Origin: Spirochaetia bacterium
GTDB taxonomy: Bacteria > Spirochaetota > Spirochaetia > CADAEX01
DNA: 64,000 nt
NCBI GenBank assembly: GCA_963662265.2
Contig: CAXXHA010000008.1
Coordinates: 64,001 to 128,000 of the forward strand
Direction of reading: 5' to 3'
Shown here: one piece after another, positions 49,417 through 61,318 of the stretch
Layout: every line of letters starts with the position of its first letter
How positions within the stretch are numbered: the first letter of the stretch is position 1
Made by a program: the position numbers and the translations under genes
The notes under the pieces: generated by a model
What the model was told of the DNA's origin: nothing
What the model saw: the letters and a program-made list of their open reading frames with translations, nothing else
Databases searched by the model: none

Positions 49417-50442
49417 ATGTTAAAAACCTTTTTTAAGTTCTTTTTACCGGTCTTTATACTGATCTGCCTATCATGCACTGAAATCAGTATGAAAGAGGAT
49501 GAAAACAGTATCAATGTAATCCCCCCAAAAATTACAGATCTCAGAATAATCAATTCCGATTCTGTTGAATTTGATTTCTCAGGCAATATACAGCCTCTTG
49601 AAAAAGTTTTCAATATATCACCTGACCTCGGAATTGAATCAATGGAACTAATCAAATCAACCCTGAAAATAACATTTTCCGCCAGCCAGAACCCTGGCGA
49701 AGAATATTTTATAAAAGGAGCAGTTAGGGATAAACAGGGCAATTCCCTTACATTCTGCGCAGAATTTTACGGGTTCAATCCTTTTATTCCCGATCTCCTC
49801 TTGAATGAAGTCACAACCCAGGGCTCTTCTTCTCACCCCGATTTAGTTGAACTTTATATCTTAGAGAATGGAAACATGGCCGGGGTAACATTTTTCGAAG
49901 GGACAAAAGAAGACTATGAGGATAAATACATATTCCCCCCGATTGAGGTACTATCAGGTGATTATATTCTGATCCATACAAAACCGGAAGGAATCCCTGA
50001 TGAAATAAATGAAACAGATGACAAGTCAGCATCAGGAGGTATAGATGCATCAGATTCAGCATATGATATATGGCCGGGAGGGTTTACAGGACTATCAGGC
50101 AACAACGGAGTTCTTTCTGTTTATTCAGGTCCCGGAGGCAGCCTTATTGATGCATTTCTCTACAGCAACAGGACATCGCTATCGGATGAGAAATACCGTG
50201 GATTCGGAAGCCTTTCAGTCATGAAGAGAATGGATTATATGGCAGCTGAAGAGGGATGGATTTTTTCAGGAGATCAGATCTCACCGGAAGACTGCGTAAA
50301 CCCTGATCCATCTACAGCTACCAGGTCGATATGCAGAAGCTCATCTTCATCTGACAGTAATTCAAAATCCGACTGGCATACTGTGCCTACATCAATGTAT
50401 TCTTTCGGATCTGTTAATACTGATGATATTTATACACCTTAG
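49417..50442 (+). CDS. Lipoprotein with lamin-tail-like domain
   Basis: Lipobox CLSC; LLLNEV...DLVELY, GDYILIH, SICR...DSNSKSDW. Confidence 0.7.
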   Translation: MLKTFFKFFLPVFILICLSCTEISMKEDENSINVIPPKITDLRIINSDSVEFDFSGNIQPLEKVFNISPDLGIESMELIKSTLKITFSASQNPGEEYFIKGAVRDKQGNSLTFCAEFYGFNPFIPDLLLNEVTTQGSSSHPDLVELYILENGNMAGVTFFEGTKEDYEDKYIFPPIEVLSGDYILIHTKPEGIPDEINETDDKSASGGIDASDSAYDIWPGGFTGLSGNNGVLSVYSGPGGSLIDAFLYSNRTSLSDEKYRGFGSLSVMKRMDYMAAEEGWIFSGDQISPEDCVNPDPSTATRSICRSSSSSDSNSKSDWHTVPTSMYSFGSVNTDDIYTP

Positions 50443-50778
50443 ACAGTCATCAGCATGTTTCATTCAAATAAATACATAGGATTTTTTGAAAATATTATTT
50501 TTATTCATAACAATATTTTTGAAATTATTGTTTTTACACTTTCCTTAGAAAGGATAATATAATGGTATCTTTAAAAACTATTTTTTTTATTTTGCATCCG
50601 TTTATTATAAATTTGACTATAGACTCTTGTATGATAGTAATTTGTTTCATACAAAAAAAAATAGTTTTTTCTTATAGATTCCCTTTTGGGCAAACTTCTA
50701 AGGCACTTGTCCCGGCTTGCCGGGTAAAAAACTTGCATTTGTAGAGGTGTCCATTATAAATTTCCGGAGGTCAAAACA

Positions 50779-50871
50779 ATGGAAACTGATTCAATATTTT
50801 ATCTTCTTCAGTATCTTATCTATCTGCTTATGCAATTCTATATTTTAAGTTTAATCCTGCTTAATCCATAA
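50779..50871 (+). CDS. Unannotated 30-aa hydrophobic peptide
   Basis: GGAGG RBS, then ATG giving METDSIFYLLQYLIYLLMQFYILSLILLNP*. Confidence 0.45.
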   Translation: METDSIFYLLQYLIYLLMQFYILSLILLNP

Positions 50872-51116
50872 AAGACTGTGAAATCAACTGCCCGGTATAT
50901 CTGCAGATATTTTCAATGCTAAAAAAATGAACTCTCAATTTTTATTTCAGGTTTCAGCTCTTTTCCGGAGCATGTGTAAAAAATTATGATCATCACTCCT
51001 CGATCGATAATTTCAATTATCTGGAAAAACCAATACATTTAACTTGATTAAAGTAATCAGTATTATCAACTGCAAAGAAGTCAAAGTCAAAAATAATCAT
51101 TGTTAAAAACTGACAG

Positions 51117-51917
51117 CTAATATTTCGTGAATTCCATCAGATCATTCAGACGGAAATCATTTTTCACATTCTCGAGATAATCCTTCATATCTGAAATATC
51201 ATGAAAATCTTCTGTAGTCATATGTTCTGTATCATCAATTTCAGAAAGAGCCTTTTTCAGGTTATTGATAAGAACAGCTGATTCCAGTATGACCATTTTT
51301 TCCTCTTTTTCGATATCTTTTGTTCTTGAAAATGGGGAAGACAGCATTGTCTTGTACCTTATCAGCCTGGTGGGTACATCATCCTTGTAAATACGGGAGA
51401 AATCGTTGAGCTGGTTTTCCAGCTGGATATATGAAAGATTATATTTCAGAGCCCTGTATTTCTTTGATATTCTGTCATAATTCTTCCAGTGCTTGCTGTC
51501 AAAATCAATGAGGGTACCGAAAAGTTTTCTGATTTCCGGATTTGCATGATCATGGATAAATATTTCAGGGTATTTCTCAATTTTCTGCATCATCTTTTCT
51601 ATCATCCTGTCTGCAAAATCCTGCTTGACAGTATTTATATTCTGCTTTTTACGGGCTTCGATTTTTCTTTTTTCGGCTGCCTCTTTATTGAGTTTTTCTC
51701 TTTCCCTTGTTTCTATATTCTTTATATTAAGGATTTCATCATGGAAAAAACGTTCAGGGTTTACCCCTGCCCTTTTCACCTGATACAGGCGTTCTTCAAA
51801 ATGATTTTTTATCCTTGGAGAAAGCATATATGTTACAATAAGATCATTATACCTGTTTCTGATTTTGTTGATGATCTGTTCGATTTCCTGCTCATTCAAC
51901 TTTTTTTTCATCACCAC
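51117..51917 (-). CDS. Conserved hypothetical protein
   Basis: 266-aa charged helical ORF with FEERL, KIEKYP, E..KLFG and DFRL. Confidence 0.75.
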   Translation of the reverse strand: MVMKKKLNEQEIEQIINKIRNRYNDLIVTYMLSPRIKNHFEERLYQVKRAGVNPERFFHDEILNIKNIETREREKLNKEAAEKRKIEARKKQNINTVKQDFADRMIEKMMQKIEKYPEIFIHDHANPEIRKLFGTLIDFDSKHWKNYDRISKKYRALKYNLSYIQLENQLNDFSRIYKDDVPTRLIRYKTMLSSPFSRTKDIEKEEKMVILESAVLINNLKKALSEIDDTEHMTTEDFHDISDMKDYLENVKNDFRLNDLMEFTKY

Positions 51918-52127
51918 TATTATATTTTAAATAAAAAAAAACTCCAGTACCTTAATGGTGCCGGAGCATTATTTTTAATTTTTTAAAGCAGCTTTTAAAA
52001 ATATTTCAGGTTATTTTCTTACTCCTCGACTGCTGCAGCTTCATTCTCATGCTCATAAAATCTTTTATAAGCAGATATAACTTATTCATTCACTGCTTTT
52101 CCGCTTTTAAGTGACTTCAGTTTCCCC

Positions 52128-52574
52128 TTATACTGTCTGCTCCTCCAAAGCTGCATTCTTTTCTGAAGGATCTTCGACTTTTTCACCAGCATCAGGATTA
52201 TTTTCTGTTACACAAGGCTTTTCCCCCTTATCTGTTTCTTCATGATTAGTTACAGGTTTAAACTCTACATGTTCTGCCACAATCTTTATCCTGCTTTTTG
52301 CCTTACCTTCACTGTCGCTCCACCGGTCCTGCTTCAGCCGCCCCACTACTCTTACCCCCCGTCCCTTTGCAAGGTGATCGCTGCACACTTCTGCAAGCCG
52401 CGCCCATGTTTCAATGTCGAAGTATGAAACTTCGCTCTGGATTTCATCATCCTGTTTATAGTACCTGTTTGTTGCAATAGTAAATTTGGATACAGGAGTT
52501 CCTTTGGGTGTTTCATTGAACACCGGATCTTTTGTCAGATTTCCTTCGATCAGAATTGAATTAAGGTTATTCAT
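52128..52574 (-). CDS. ssb: Single-stranded DNA-binding protein
   Basis: LNSILIEGNLTKDP, FTIATNR, W.RLAE, KG..V.V.GRL.QDRW. Confidence 0.93.
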   Translation of the reverse strand: MNNLNSILIEGNLTKDPVFNETPKGTPVSKFTIATNRYYKQDDEIQSEVSYFDIETWARLAEVCSDHLAKGRGVRVVGRLKQDRWSDSEGKAKSRIKIVAEHVEFKPVTNHEETDKGEKPCVTENNPDAGEKVEDPSEKNAALEEQTV

Positions 52575-52881
52575 CACTTTCCTCCGCATTTTTTACCTTT
52601 CTCAGGTTTTTAATTTTATATACTCATAAGTACTCTTCTTTTATATCCAATGCTTCAAAATTCAATTATTATTTTGTTTTATTTCCCTGATAGCTATAAT
52701 TTTTATTATTAATAAAAATTACCCAGGACATCAGACAATTGTTCTTAAAACGATATCTTAAAATGAAAGATCATATTTATAAATCTTTTGTTATAATAGA
52801 CTTAATTAATTTAATAACACTTTGACAAAAAAAAATATAGAATGTACTCTTTCTTTATATTTAATATTAATTGAGGTTAAA

Positions 52882-53481
52882 ATGAAAAATAAATTACTGC
52901 TTTTTTCAATTGTTCTGTTTAATATTTTTGCATTAAACAGCTGTATGATAACACCAAAATATCATATTACTGATAGTTACAAAGTTCAAGAAAATGAAAA
53001 CGATGGTATCAGAATAAAATGTACATATCTTAATCGTGAAGACATTATTAAACGTCATGGAACAAAACATAATCCATTTCTGGCTCCTTACCGAGTAATG
53101 ACACCTCAACCTGTTATTATTTTCGAGCTTGAAATTACAAATCTTGAAGAAGGGGTTATAAAACTAGACCAGAGAAAAATAGATTTTTTTTATAATGACA
53201 AAAATTATACTCCTATGAGCAGATTAAAAATGAGAATGAAAATTGAAGACGAAGTAACAAAAGGATCTGAGAGGTTACGACAGGAAAGAATAGTAAAACA
53301 ATATATGTTTAATGATATAGAAAAAATCAAGGGAAATCAAACCGTAACTAAATATATAATTTATATGAGAAATCTTAAAGACCGGGGAGAAAGTGAATTA
53401 GTAATTCCAATTTATACAATCGATGGTTTAGAAGCAGCTGATTTCAGTTTTTTTTATAACTTTACAACAAAAAATAGGTAA
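52882..53481 (+). CDS. Hypothetical lipoprotein
   Basis: ATG 52882 with GAGG RBS, lipobox LNSC; TTGACA-17-TACTCT upstream. Confidence 0.7.
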   Translation: MKNKLLLFSIVLFNIFALNSCMITPKYHITDSYKVQENENDGIRIKCTYLNREDIIKRHGTKHNPFLAPYRVMTPQPVIIFELEITNLEEGVIKLDQRKIDFFYNDKNYTPMSRLKMRMKIEDEVTKGSERLRQERIVKQYMFNDIEKIKGNQTVTKYIIYMRNLKDRGESELVIPIYTIDGLEAADFSFFYNFTTKNR

Positions 53482-53882
53482 TTCGTCTATTCTGGATAAA
53501 GCAAATTATATTCAATGATTTCTGCTTTATCCAGAATATTTCAAAAATAGTTATTATAAATATTCAGACCTTTCATGCTCTCAGATGACTTCTAATAATC
53601 CATCTTTTTTATCTCTCAATCAAAATAGCGTATTCAGACTAATCATTAAATCCCCTAAAAATAATCTCACCTTCATACTTATTCTTGTTTTATTTTCTTA
53701 ACATTTTTAGTTGAGAAATCTACTTTAAATATTTTTCTCGATCCATACAGTTTTTCAATGTTTTAAATGCTGTTTCTGTTCATCAATTCACGCTCAGGAT
53801 AAAAAGGCGCTACCATTTTTATCATTTTAAATATATTTCTCTACTAAATGAATGAAATTATGACAGGTAGGGTGTAAAATAC

Positions 53883-53917
53883 AAAAAAGGGGATTATCTT
53901 ATTTAAGACAATCCCCC
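53883..53917 (-). terminator. Intrinsic terminator of the outer-membrane protein gene
   Basis: ggggatt.tctta/taaga.aatcccc stem with a T-run on the minus strand. Confidence 0.75.
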
Positions 53918-53945
53918 ACGATTTTATATAAGAATTAAATTATTC

Positions 53946-55058
53946 TTAGTATTCAAGGTCAACAGCGAAGTAGATTCCGCCGTTAGCAGGTGCATCATAA
54001 GCTGTGTATGAATCATAAACAGCACCTTTTTCAACACCAAGCATATCGATGTCAGCAGGATAAACTGCATCTTCAGATGTCACGATGTAACCAAGTGAAT
54101 ATTTTACAGCACCTGGAGAAACAGAGATACCGAATTCAGCTCCGATAAAAGTTTCATCATTTGTAACATTTTCTGCATAATCACCCATAGCCATCATTAA
54201 ACCACCGTTAACTCCAAGCCATTCGAGGATATCGTATGATGCATCAAAAGTAAGATTAGAAAGAGCTAAACTAAGATCCTGTGGATTAAGATCGTCTGGA
54301 AGGAAATAACCGTTAAGAGCAACATTAGCAACAGCACCATAAGCTTCTACACCTGCAGCTACAGAATATTTCTTTGCCCAGTTATCTTTATCAGCTTTAG
54401 ACATACCGAAAGTAGCACCAGCATTAGCAACAACACCGTCAGCAACTTCAGCACTATACATAGCACCAAGACCAAAAACTGATCCAACTGCATCTTCTGC
54501 ACCAGCACCTTTGTAGTATACTTCAGCAGCAACTGGAGCAAATTCTACATCAGTACCGATAAGGAAATCAGATCCAGCTTCGCTTCCGTCAGGATATGAT
54601 CGAAAGTTCATTGCAGCATATGGTTTAACCATTCCCATGATATCCATATTGATCTGCCAGCTAGCTCTATCAGCAATATCAGGATTCTGTGATTCGATTT
54701 CATAAGCTGTGAAACATACAAGATCTGATGTTTCTGGATCCCAGTGACCTACTTTAGTAGTAAGACCGAAACCTGATTCAGCAAAACCAAAGTATTTACC
54801 CCAGTCTGTTGTTACCATGTAGTCAAGAAGTTCAAGTTTTTCATCATCAGCACCATCTGTTTTGAGTACGAAAGAGTTGTAGTCATCAAGAGCTGTTTTG
54901 AAATCAAGACTAAGATCATCAACTGCATCAGCAAATTCTGAATCGCCTGTGTTCCAAGCTGCTGAGTAGTCATAAGCTCCTGAAATAGCTACATCAGCCA
55001 TAACTGGAGCAACTGCGAATGCCATAAGAGCAAGTGCAAGAACGAAATATTTTTTCAT
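53946..55058 (-). CDS. Major outer-membrane/sheath porin-like protein
   Basis: Signal peptide, amphipathic beta pattern, C-terminal Y, GCT/GCA/TAC/TTC-biased codons, consensus promoter. Confidence 0.7.
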   Translation of the reverse strand: MKKYFVLALALMAFAVAPVMADVAISGAYDYSAAWNTGDSEFADAVDDLSLDFKTALDDYNSFVLKTDGADDEKLELLDYMVTTDWGKYFGFAESGFGLTTKVGHWDPETSDLVCFTAYEIESQNPDIADRASWQINMDIMGMVKPYAAMNFRSYPDGSEAGSDFLIGTDVEFAPVAAEVYYKGAGAEDAVGSVFGLGAMYSAEVADGVVANAGATFGMSKADKDNWAKKYSVAAGVEAYGAVANVALNGYFLPDDLNPQDLSLALSNLTFDASYDILEWLGVNGGLMMAMGDYAENVTNDETFIGAEFGISVSPGAVKYSLGYIVTSEDAVYPADIDMLGVEKGAVYDSYTAYDAPANGGIYFAVDLEY

Positions 55059-55135
55059 TTCATTTCTCCTTTTAGTAATTGGGATTCAAGCCAACAGCCT
55101 GAATAACTTCCCTTTTTGAATATCTATCGAAAAAA

Positions 55136-55164
55136 ATTATACCAATTGTGATTTTTACTGTCAA
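55136..55164 (-). promoter_or_regulatory. Perfect sigma70 consensus promoter
   Basis: Minus strand TTGACA-17-TATAAT with TG extension. Confidence 0.85.
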
Positions 55165-55230
55165 GAAAAATTATTATTTTGTTTAATATACTGATTGCAG
55201 TATCTTCTATTAAATGCTTTAATCTTTTCC

Positions 55231-55872
55231 ATGATAAATTACATACTTTTCGACGTTGATAACACTCTTTATCCTGCATCCTGCGGTATCGGGACGGAAA
55301 TGATCAGGCGAATGAACATATTTGTATCTGAATTACTGGGTATAACTGTCGAAAAAGCGGCTGAACTTAGGCGGGACCGGGAACCTGGCATGTATGATTC
55401 AACGCTTGACTGGCTTCAGAGGAAATATTCACTCAAAAACCCTGAAGATTTCTTCAGATTCATACATCCCGAGGATCTTGAAAACTTTTTTCCGGTTAAT
55501 AACGACCTAAAAACAATGATGGAAAGGCTAACACTCCCCTCCTCTGTCCTTACAAATTCTTCAATCGAACATGCGAAGAATGTTACAGACTACCTGGGCA
55601 TTAAAGATCATTTTGAGAATATATTTGACCTCAAATTCAATAATTTCAAGGGGAAACCCAATAAATTCGCATATGAAAATGTATTATCAGCATTGGGAAA
55701 AAAAGCTAATGATGTGCTTTTTGTCGATGATGTACCATCATATCTTGAGACTTTCAGGAAAATAGGGGGTAATATACTACTTGTTGATGAAAAATCTGAT
55801 TACAGTGAGCTTGATATCCCATCTATAGGTAAAATCACAGATCTTGAGAATTATTTAAGGAGTATTCAGTAA
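55231..55872 (+). CDS. HAD hydrolase (pyrimidine 5'-nucleotidase-like)
   Basis: FDVDNTLY, LTNS, KP...AY, FVDD. Confidence 0.88.
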   Translation: MINYILFDVDNTLYPASCGIGTEMIRRMNIFVSELLGITVEKAAELRRDREPGMYDSTLDWLQRKYSLKNPEDFFRFIHPEDLENFFPVNNDLKTMMERLTLPSSVLTNSSIEHAKNVTDYLGIKDHFENIFDLKFNNFKGKPNKFAYENVLSALGKKANDVLFVDDVPSYLETFRKIGGNILLVDEKSDYSELDIPSIGKITDLENYLRSIQ

Positions 55873-56053
55873 TTTATCAGTATGAATATAATATAATTCT
55901 AAGCTGATTGAGCGTAATTTTTTTGTCTATAAATAATGATTTACATCTGATAATCACAAATATTCCATAATATGAGTCATGGTCTTGACACTGAAAGTTA
56001 TAATGTAGATAACTATTAGATGTAGAAAATATTAATAAAAGAAGGAGCATTAA

Positions 56054-57349
<1,296 letters not shown>

Positions 57350-57395
57350 TTTTACTATTTTACTGCAATACGCAGTAAATCATGGTATTTATATT

Positions 57396-57430
57396 AAAAG
57401 CCCTGTACAGATTCTGAAACAGGGCTTTTA
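57396..57430. terminator. Bidirectional terminator between eno and the OmpA-family gene
   Basis: aaaagccctgt/acagggctttt stem between convergent genes. Confidence 0.8.
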
Positions 57431-57598
57431 TTATCTGCTGAGACAGTCAATGAAATATCACAAAATGGATTATTTTATAAATATATCCAATATTTTATTT
57501 TTATAGATAATTTTTAATAAATATGATATTTATTCCACAAATAATATGGTTTATAATTTTCTGCCTTAAAAATAAAAAATTCATTATCTTCTTAATTA

Positions 57599-58834
57599 TC
57601 AGTCCTCGAGAATAATAATCTCAACACGCCTGTTCAAAGCTCTTCCCTCTTCTGTATCATTCGTTGCAGCAGGCTCACTTCCCCCTTTACCCTGAAAAAT
57701 AAGCCTGTCGCCTGCAATACCTGCATTTTTAAGCATGTTTGCGATAGTCTCTGCCCTTTTTACAGATAATTCAACCTGGCTCTCTGCAGAACCGATATCA
57801 GCAGTGTGACCTGTTACAAGAAAACTTCTTTCCGGTATTTTTTTAAGTATATCCGCGATAATCCTAACCTTGCTCTCTTCGCCAGGTAAAAGCACTGCCT
57901 GATCAGGCCTGAAATGAAGCTTGTTGATAGTAAGGGATAAACCTTCTTCTCTTTTTTCTATTATAATGTTTTCTTCCAGTTCTTTATTTCCGCTTCCTGA
58001 TACCGCTTTTTCAATATCCTCTTTCAGTGCAGTCCTGTCCATGCGGGGAACAGGCTTGTACCAGGTATGTGAAAATCCCTTGAAAGAGATATCAGTCCCA
58101 GTGTATGTATAAACTTCATCAATATTATCCTGAATAAAAAAAGGTCCCGCATCAGGATCATCAATATAAATCATGACCTTGTGAGATCCTGAAATATTTT
58201 TCAGGTCAAAATCCCCAGCCGGGTCATCGCCGGATCTGTATCTGACAGCATACTGTGCATATACTGCATGAACTTTTCTTCCGTTAAAGTCCTTTATACC
58301 GTCATACCTGTACTCGCATATAAAATGAACTCTTGTGTAAATACCTTTTTTAAGGGGGTCCACATAAAAATCACCGAAATCCTGCCATTTTTCACCCGGT
58401 ATAAATTTCTTTCCGGCAGGAAAAACAGGAAAATCCCTTAGAAGAGGGTAAAGACTGTTTTCTTCAGGTTTTATTTTACCTGTATAGTAAAAAGTGAAAT
58501 CTGTATCAGCAACCTTATCAATTTTTTTCGCATTCAGCCGCCCTTCCCTTTTCAGCTCCTCAAAAACAAATGTTTTGCCTGAATATTCAGCTTTTCCGTT
58601 TCCATTATCTGACATCCTGCACAGCTGTCTGTATTCACGAAATACAGATCCTGCATATCGCCCCTCTTTCTTCACCCTCAGGTTGAATTTCTTTATTATC
58701 TTGAAATCCTCTCCTGGATAAAATGAGAAAACTGTACCTTGTGCCGGATTATCTGCAACATTCTGGGAAATAACAAAATACGGGAAAAGCAAAAATAAAA
58801 AAATGATTAATGATGATTTTCTGAATATACTCAT
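57599..58834 (-). CDS. OmpA-family protein
   Basis: C-terminal GHTADIG...LS..RA...N....GRALNRRVEI. Confidence 0.9.
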   Translation of the reverse strand: MSIFRKSSLIIFLFLLFPYFVISQNVADNPAQGTVFSFYPGEDFKIIKKFNLRVKKEGRYAGSVFREYRQLCRMSDNGNGKAEYSGKTFVFEELKREGRLNAKKIDKVADTDFTFYYTGKIKPEENSLYPLLRDFPVFPAGKKFIPGEKWQDFGDFYVDPLKKGIYTRVHFICEYRYDGIKDFNGRKVHAVYAQYAVRYRSGDDPAGDFDLKNISGSHKVMIYIDDPDAGPFFIQDNIDEVYTYTGTDISFKGFSHTWYKPVPRMDRTALKEDIEKAVSGSGNKELEENIIIEKREEGLSLTINKLHFRPDQAVLLPGEESKVRIIADILKKIPERSFLVTGHTADIGSAESQVELSVKRAETIANMLKNAGIAGDRLIFQGKGGSEPAATNDTEEGRALNRRVEIIILED

Positions 58835-58934
58835 TTACATACCTTTATATTATTTTTCTGATTTACATTAATATAAGGGAGAAGTGCTTATTTCAGTGAC
58901 CGGATCTTGATAATATTATTAAAAGCGGCTGTTT

Positions 58935-59315
58935 TTACTGCTGGTTATATTGATCTTCAATATAACTGCCTGTATTTTCAAGACCTTTCCTGTTTATAGT
59001 ACATTTACCTTCCAGCACTACACCATCCTGAATAATGAGCTCAGGTGTTTTAATATTACCAAGCACCCGTGCAGTGGAAAGGAGAAGTATACGGATAGTA
59101 GCTGATATATTGCCTATTACAACCCCTTCAACTACAACACTTGATGCATTTATGTCTGATTTAACACGCCCTTCAGGTCCGATCTGAAGCTGATCAACCT
59201 GGAGCATTTTCCCTTCAAATTTGCCGTCAATCCTCAGATTCCCTTTTACAGCAAATCGTCCTTCGAAAGATGATTTTCCTCCGATTACAGTATTAGCTCC
59301 AATATCTATCTGCAC
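58935..59315 (-). CDS. Bactofilin (polymer-forming cytoskeletal protein)
   Basis: TVIG..S.FEG....G.LRIDG.FEG...V.V.G...GNI.A....G.V.EG.C. Confidence 0.9.
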   Translation of the reverse strand: MQIDIGANTVIGGKSSFEGRFAVKGNLRIDGKFEGKMLQVDQLQIGPEGRVKSDINASSVVVEGVVIGNISATIRILLLSTARVLGNIKTPELIIQDGVVLEGKCTINRKGLENTGSYIEDQYNQQ

Positions 59316-59710
59316 ATTAATTCTCCATAAATCTATCTGTCATATTGTTACAAAGTTCCACTTATAAAATTAATAATATACCATCATTAAAGACTATTAA
59401 TTATTAACGTAAAATTTGTCTATATACTTTTATACAATATATCAGTTAAAAATATTCCTTACCAGATATTTCGTTAGAATATTTTTAAATAATCCCTGCC
59501 ATCATTTAAACAGTAATATTCAATATCTGAAAATGCCGCTCATGTTATAGTTGATTTCTTTTAATATTGACAGTGCTTTGATCAGCAACTTCCTTTATAT
59601 TCAAACTTTCCGACTTACACATATACCCGATCGCAAAAAAAAACTTCCTTCGCAGGAAATAATAAAGACAGCTGACTCAATAAATGCCGACACCTACCGG
59701 TTAAGCTCAC

Positions 59711-59742
59711 AAAAAAACCCTGCAGCATCTATACTGCAGGGT
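59711..59742 (-). terminator. Intrinsic terminator of the flaA operon
   Basis: accctgcag/ctgcagggt stem with a T-run on the minus strand. Confidence 0.8.
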
Positions 59743-59764
59743 CTATATCTACAAAAGGTAATTT

Positions 59765-60496
59765 TTACCAGCCGTCAGCCATGTCATCGACATCTCTGCT
59801 TTCTTCAGTGAAGAGGTCTGAAACAGCTCTCAGATCATCAAAGTAAACATAATATGTACCGAATGTATCTTCAGGATCACAATCAACCCTGAATCCTGCA
59901 AACTTGATACCGTTGATATTGGTGTAATGGTAATCTTTCTGAGTTATACTTGGAGGAACAGCTACTGTAAGCTTTTTCCAGCCGGAAAAATTAAGCTTTC
60001 CAATTGTCAGCTCCATCGGATTTCCGAAATAATCAAGTATCATCATGCTGAGCATATGGTTGTTGTTTCTTCCTGCTACCCATACAGACATTGTCTTGGT
60101 GATACCTGCTATTGGAAGAGGTTTTACCGGCATTACTGCAAATGAGTTAACTCCTCTTTTTTCATAATGCACTTTTACCCCAAGAACATACTTGTCATCT
60201 TCTTCAAGTCCAATAGCTTCTTCATCAGCTATAGGTTCTTTGTCGATAGGAGAGCCAACCAGTCTTCTTGTCAGTACGAAACCCTGGTCTCTTGGCATTG
60301 CTGTATAGAAAAAAGCAGGATCTTCGAATTTTACTACAGATATTTCCTTCAGACTCTGCTGAGCCTTATCAACACCGATATTGTTAGGATCAGGATCGCC
60401 GGGGCTTCCACCCTCGCCTACCTGCTGAGCAAAACAAACTCCGGTAATTAGTAATATAAGCAGAAGTAATGCTGCAGATCTTTTAAGCATATACAT
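59765..60496 (-). CDS. flaA: Flagellar filament outer layer (sheath) protein FlaA
   Basis: VLGVKV, P.PI.G.TK.MSVWVAGRN, G.LNF.GWK, YFDDLRAV.D. Confidence 0.9.
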   Translation of the reverse strand: MYMLKRSAALLLLILLITGVCFAQQVGEGGSPGDPDPNNIGVDKAQQSLKEISVVKFEDPAFFYTAMPRDQGFVLTRRLVGSPIDKEPIADEEAIGLEEDDKYVLGVKVHYEKRGVNSFAVMPVKPLPIAGITKTMSVWVAGRNNNHMLSMMILDYFGNPMELTIGKLNFSGWKKLTVAVPPSITQKDYHYTNINGIKFAGFRVDCDPEDTFGTYYVYFDDLRAVSDLFTEESRDVDDMADGW

Positions 60497-61257
60497 TAGT
60501 TACCCCCTCCTGATTCTGGTGCAGTCCAGTCCATATTATTGATACTATCTTTTTCTGCCAGATTATCACCATCAAATCTAGTGATAAAGATATCTGTAAG
60601 AACTTTAATCTGGTCAAAGAAAATAAAGAAATTATCAACTTTTTCTTCAGGTCTTGTCCAGACAACTATTTTCGCAAGACTTAACTGCTTTATTTTCGGA
60701 ATATAACTTCTTCCCTGGGGAATATAATTTGGAATTCTCACCTTCAGATTTTTCCAGCCTTCATATTTCAGGCTGCCGAGAGGAAGAACATGTGTAATGC
60801 CCCTGTAATCAGTAACATGAATCTCGGCATAATAGTCATAATTTGACCCCCATGCCCAGAGATCTATCATTTTACATCTTCCCGGAATTGGAATACCGGT
60901 AAATTCCCCTTCTTCATTTTTTATATCTGGAATAAGTTCAATAAAATTATAACCATGTCGGTCAAACTGACCATTTACACCAAGTACCTTATAATCTTCA
61001 CCTTCAGAATTTGAACCATAAAGAGCTGCCGGCCACGCCTTGGGAAATGCTTTCTTAGGAAATCCTTCATGAGAAAATTTACTTCCTTTGACTATCCACC
61101 CGTTCTCTTCAGGATTATCAAAGTTATCAAGTATTCTTGATACCAGGTTTTCTGTTCTTTCGTCAGCATAAACCGGTAAAGTGAGTAGCACAGACATCAA
61201 TATGAAAAAGCCGAATACCAGGCCTGCTCGTCTCATTACCTTCTCCTTTTGCGTCAT
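60496..61257 (-). CDS. flaA: Flagellar filament outer layer (sheath) protein FlaA
   Basis: W.V.GSKF, LGV...FDR.GYN, DLWAWGSNY, G.L.Y.GWKNL, FDQIK. The start may be ATG 61236. Confidence 0.9.
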   Translation of the reverse strand: MTQKEKVMRRAGLVFGFFILMSVLLTLPVYADERTENLVSRILDNFDNPEENGWIVKGSKFSHEGFPKKAFPKAWPAALYGSNSEGEDYKVLGVNGQFDRHGYNFIELIPDIKNEEGEFTGIPIPGRCKMIDLWAWGSNYDYYAEIHVTDYRGITHVLPLGSLKYEGWKNLKVRIPNYIPQGRSYIPKIKQLSLAKIVVWTRPEEKVDNFFIFFDQIKVLTDIFITRFDGDNLAEKDSINNMDWTAPESGGGN

Positions 61258-61284
61258 TATCCGCTTTAATTCTTATTAATTTGA

Positions 61285-61313
61285 ATTATATTTCTTACAA
61301 GATTCTTTGTCAA
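61285..61313 (-). promoter_or_regulatory. Perfect sigma70 promoter of the flaA operon
   Basis: Minus strand TTGACA-17-TATAAT. Confidence 0.85.
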
Positions 61314-61318
61314 ATATT

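Noticed and set aside
50688-50752. c-di-GMP-I (GEMM) riboswitch suggested by GGCAAAC
   Set aside because: It lacks the GNRA-capped P2 and the downstream GCAAAGC/tetraloop-receptor elements.
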